This document shows positions 60,948-64,000 of a stretch of DNA of 64,000 bases, piece after piece. Within the stretch, counting starts at the first letter, position 1; every line of letters starts with the position of its first letter. Made by a program: the position numbers and the translations under genes. Under the pieces are notes generated by a model. The model did no database searches. It was not told the origin of the DNA and worked only from the letters and a program-made list of their open reading frames with translations. The stretch covers positions 448,001 through 512,000 of the forward strand of contig CBDBHB010000007.1 of the NCBI GenBank assembly GCA_965205505.1. Reading direction: 5' to 3'. Source of the stretch: Acidobacteriota bacterium. Its GTDB lineage: Bacteria > Acidobacteriota > UBA890 > WLXD01.

Positions 60948-63937
60948 TCGAGAACGAACTCGACGTTGAAGAGCCGCTCGGGCTCGGGCGGCTTGTATCG
61001 ACGGGCGTGGGCGTGATCGCGCCACTTCTCGTATACGGTGTCCGCCCGCGAGTCGACCTTCTCGAGGTCGGCCTCGATGTCCTGCACGCGCTCCTCGTGA
61101 CGCAGAACGCGCTCCTGAGCAGCCTGTCGGGCCTCGGTCCCGAGGGCGCGGTCGCGGGCCATCTCGGCCTGCTCGAGGGCCGCCGCCACGTCGGTTAGCT
61201 CGCGGCGGAGAACAAGGGAGCGGTCGTCCATGAACTGATTGAGCTGGTCGAGGGCGCGCTCGAAGCGATCCTGCTCGCGTCGGGCGGCGTCCGACTGATC
61301 AAGAAACATCTCCTCGTCAACGACCTCGTCGAGGTCGCCCTTCGTCAGTTTGCATGGAGGGTCGTTGTTCGAGAGGTCCTCGCAGGGGAGGCGGAGCAGC
61401 TCGCGGGCGGCCTCGGCAGGGCGGAGCACCTCGGAGTCTTCGAAGATCGCGGTTACCACCAGTCGGTCCTCGCTCTCGTAGCCGGAGTAGGAGACCTTGG
61501 TGAGCGCCAGTCGTCCGCCGGCGCCGCGGCGGGCCTTGAGGACGGGGGAGCTGTCGTCGGCGAGGAGGAAGCGGAGCCGGAAGTCACCGGTACCGCTTTG
61601 TTGCGACTCTCTAACGGCGGCCTTGATCAGCGGGTGCCGACCATGGAGCGACTCAATTTCCTCCAGAGAGCTGGAGTGGCCCAGTGCTACCCGAATACCC
61701 TCGGCGAGGGGGGCGGGGAGCGCTTCTGACTCCGGGACCTCGATGATGCGCTTGCCGTTGTCGGCGTGGAGAGTGTGCTGTGCGCCGATGGCCTCCAGGT
61801 AGGCAGTGGCCACGCGCTCCAGGTCGCTGTCGAGTTCGGCGAGCGTCGCCGGGAGCTCTTCACGAATCTGGCGGAAGACGGCTCGCACCGACTCGTCGAG
61901 ACGGCTCTCGATCAGGCCGACCGTGTGCTCGCGTACGTCTTCGAGCGAACGGCGGCGCTCATCGACGGAGTCTCGCAGTCGACGCAGCTCGACCTCTACC
62001 TCCTGCACCGAGCGAGCGCGATCCCAGATGCGGCGGATCTCGGCCTCGAAGTCCGGGCCGAGACTCATGCCCAGCTCGGCGGTACCGTCATCGCTGCTCT
62101 CGTGCAGAACCTCGTCGGACATGCCAAGGACCGAGCCGAAGAGCTCGAGCTTCTGACTGAGGATGTCGAAGGTGAGCCGTTGAGCCTCGTTGTCCTTCGC
62201 CAGGAAGTTGATGACGGCGACATCACGGGTCTGGCCGTAGCGGTGGCAGCGGCCGATGCGCTGCTCGATGCGCTGAGGGTTCCACGGCAGGTCGTAGTTG
62301 ACGATGGTGTCGCAGAACTGGAGGTTCAGGCCCTTGGCGCCAGCCTCGGTGGAGATGAACACGCGCGAGCGGGTCCTGAACTCGTGCACCAGCGCCAGGC
62401 GCACGGCGATGTTGGGGCTCGGCCGGGAATGAGAGGGGAGGCCGTTTCCGATCTCTTCCTGCCACCTCGCGAGGGCGTCTCGGGCACGTGGGTGGCCGTT
62501 GGCGCCAGAGAAGAGAGTGATCTCGTCTTCGCGCAGGCCGGCCTTCTCCACCAGAAGGTCGCGTAGGTAACTCTGGGTCGTCAGCGACTCGGTGAAGATG
62601 ACCACCTTGTGGCTGCCGCTCTCCCTCTTGCCAATGGTCTCCACGGCAGTCACGAGACTCTGGGCCTTGCTGTCGTGGGGGAGGTCTTGGGCGCGGCGGA
62701 TGAAACCCTCGACCTCTGCGAGTTCGTTGCGAACATCCGCGGACTTGGGGGCGGAGGAGGTCTCCTCGGTCACGGCGGGGCTGGTGTCGTCCTCGTCCTC
62801 GAGGTCGGTGAGGAAGTCGGCGCTCAGCTCGGCGGTGTCGTCCTGTTCCAGGCCGCGTACAAGTTTGCGAAGGCGGTTGGCGACCTGGTGCAGGCTCGCG
62901 GCGAGAGCAGCCGTGGACGAGGCCATGCGGCGATGGAAACCGATCAGGAGGAGCTGCCGCGAGCGGCCGCGGAATGCGTGCAGGGTTGGGCGGAGCAGGT
63001 AGGCGGTAACGTCGTCGTAGAGCGAACGCTCGTCGGGTTCCATCTTGTACTCAAACAGGCGCGCGCTGCGACCGACGAACGGCTTCTCCAGGAACTCCTG
63101 AGCCTGGCGACGCAGGGTTCGATGCACCACTGATGCGAGACGACGTCGCAGGTCGGGCGATTGCTCCGGGACGATCCGGCGTCCCGCGGGATCCTGGCAG
63201 AAGAGCTTCCTGAAGGTGGGGCGAAGGCCCAGCAAGGTGCCCGATCGCTCAACGTACTGCACGAGCCCCCACAGCTCGAGCAGCGAGTTCTGCATGGGGG
63301 TGGCGGTGAGGAGCAGTACTGGCGAGGGCCCTATCAGCGCGCGCACCCTATGCGCGGTTTGCGCCTCCTTGTGCTCCTCCTGGTAGGTGCCGAGGCCATC
63401 GAATCGCCGATGAATCCCCGCGAACAGCTCGTGCGCCTCGTCGATCACGCAGAGATCGAACGGTGGGCCTGAGCCGAGCCTCTCAGAGCCGCGCTGGCCG
63501 CCGGCCCACTCGCGCCCGGCCAGGAAGACCCCAGGCCCATCGGTGTCGGTGCCTGGCTCCGACGCCTCGAACGCCGAGATCCCGAACAGCGTGAACAGCT
63601 CGTCCTGCCATTGGCCAACCAGTGCCCGCGGCAGGATGATCAGAATCCGCTCCGCGCTCTCGGCGAGCAGCTGGGCGATGACCAGCCCAGCCTCGATCGT
63701 CTTGCCGAGGCCAACCTCGTCGGCCAGGACACAACCGCCCTCGGGGATCCGTTGCAGCGCGAACATGACTGCGTCGATCTGGTGCGGGTTCGGGTCGATA
63801 CGGCCCTGCCGCTGAGACGCCGCGTAGCGCCGTGCCTCGCCGGCGCGGCGTCGTCGGACGAGATCTTCCGCGTAGTAGCGCCGATGGATCGGATGGAGGC
63901 CACCCATCAGATTCGTCTGGTTTCGGCGGGAGGCCAC
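60944..63937 (-). CDS. SNF2/RapA-like helicase
   Basis: PNPHQID, LADEVGLGKT, IDEAH, LTATPMQNSL, STEAGAKGLNLQF and EQRIGRCHRYGQ. Confidence 0.9.
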   Translation of the reverse strand: MASRRNQTNLMGGLHPIHRRYYAEDLVRRRRAGEARRYAASQRQGRIDPNPHQIDAVMFALQRIPEGGCVLADEVGLGKTIEAGLVIAQLLAESAERILIILPRALVGQWQDELFTLFGISAFEASEPGTDTDGPGVFLAGREWAGGQRGSERLGSGPPFDLCVIDEAHELFAGIHRRFDGLGTYQEEHKEAQTAHRVRALIGPSPVLLLTATPMQNSLLELWGLVQYVERSGTLLGLRPTFRKLFCQDPAGRRIVPEQSPDLRRRLASVVHRTLRRQAQEFLEKPFVGRSARLFEYKMEPDERSLYDDVTAYLLRPTLHAFRGRSRQLLLIGFHRRMASSTAALAASLHQVANRLRKLVRGLEQDDTAELSADFLTDLEDEDDTSPAVTEETSSAPKSADVRNELAEVEGFIRRAQDLPHDSKAQSLVTAVETIGKRESGSHKVVIFTESLTTQSYLRDLLVEKAGLREDEITLFSGANGHPRARDALARWQEEIGNGLPSHSRPSPNIAVRLALVHEFRTRSRVFISTEAGAKGLNLQFCDTIVNYDLPWNPQRIEQRIGRCHRYGQTRDVAVINFLAKDNEAQRLTFDILSQKLELFGSVLGMSDEVLHESSDDGTAELGMSLGPDFEAEIRRIWDRARSVQEVEVELRRLRDSVDERRRSLEDVREHTVGLIESRLDESVRAVFRQIREELPATLAELDSDLERVATAYLEAIGAQHTLHADNGKRIIEVPESEALPAPLAEGIRVALGHSSSLEEIESLHGRHPLIKAAVRESQQSGTGDFRLRFLLADDSSPVLKARRGAGGRLALTKVSYSGYESEDRLVVTAIFEDSEVLRPAEAARELLRLPCEDLSNNDPPCKLTKGDLDEVVDEEMFLDQSDAARREQDRFERALDQLNQFMDDRSLVLRRELTDVAAALEQAEMARDRALGTEARQAAQERVLRHEERVQDIEADLEKVDSRADTVYEKWRDHAHARRYKPPEPERLFNVEFVLE

Positions 63938-64000
63938 TGCTGCGTCACCCGTTGTTCTCCCGCGCAGGAACGACCAACTCGGTCAGCAGTGGCCGATGGT

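Larger units (their letters stand above)
3809..64000. mobile_element. Composite genomic (defence) island, right end outside window
   Basis: Starts at the tRNA 3' fragment. Contains integrases, recombinase, IS elements, phage remnants and defence genes; no core housekeeping genes seen. Confidence 0.7.

Overview
This is high-GC bacterial DNA. The first ~3.6 kb looks like host chromosome (an S9 peptidase and a Tat-exported M24 peptidase). At 3765-3808 an isolated 3' half of a tRNA-Arg(TCT) marks an att-like boundary, and everything to its right reads as a >60 kb composite, partly decayed defence/mobile island. In order it carries: an HGGxSTG pair; HEPN (ApeA-like) and DUF429 remnants; a DISARM-like SNF2 helicase plus adenine MTase cut off by an IS3; phage terminase/HNH debris; a Ser/Thr kinase fused to a Zn-binding TGT/beta-family-like domain, convergent with a wHTH-PD-(D/E)XK nuclease; a DUF2924 + large serine recombinase unit; a P4-like satellite (int, alpA, primase, RepA-type helicase, unknown 549-aa protein, putative ori); McrA-like HNH, PolB-type exonuclease and TerB_N-nuclease genes; an inactivated type III BREX locus with an inserted accessory gene; and a near-intact SNF2 + Mre11/SbcD-like + Rad50/SbcC-like operon. 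The best candidates for undescribed systems are the kinase-TGT-like/nuclease pair and the SNF2-SbcD-SbcC operon. All family assignments come from motif recognition by eye; no searches were run.
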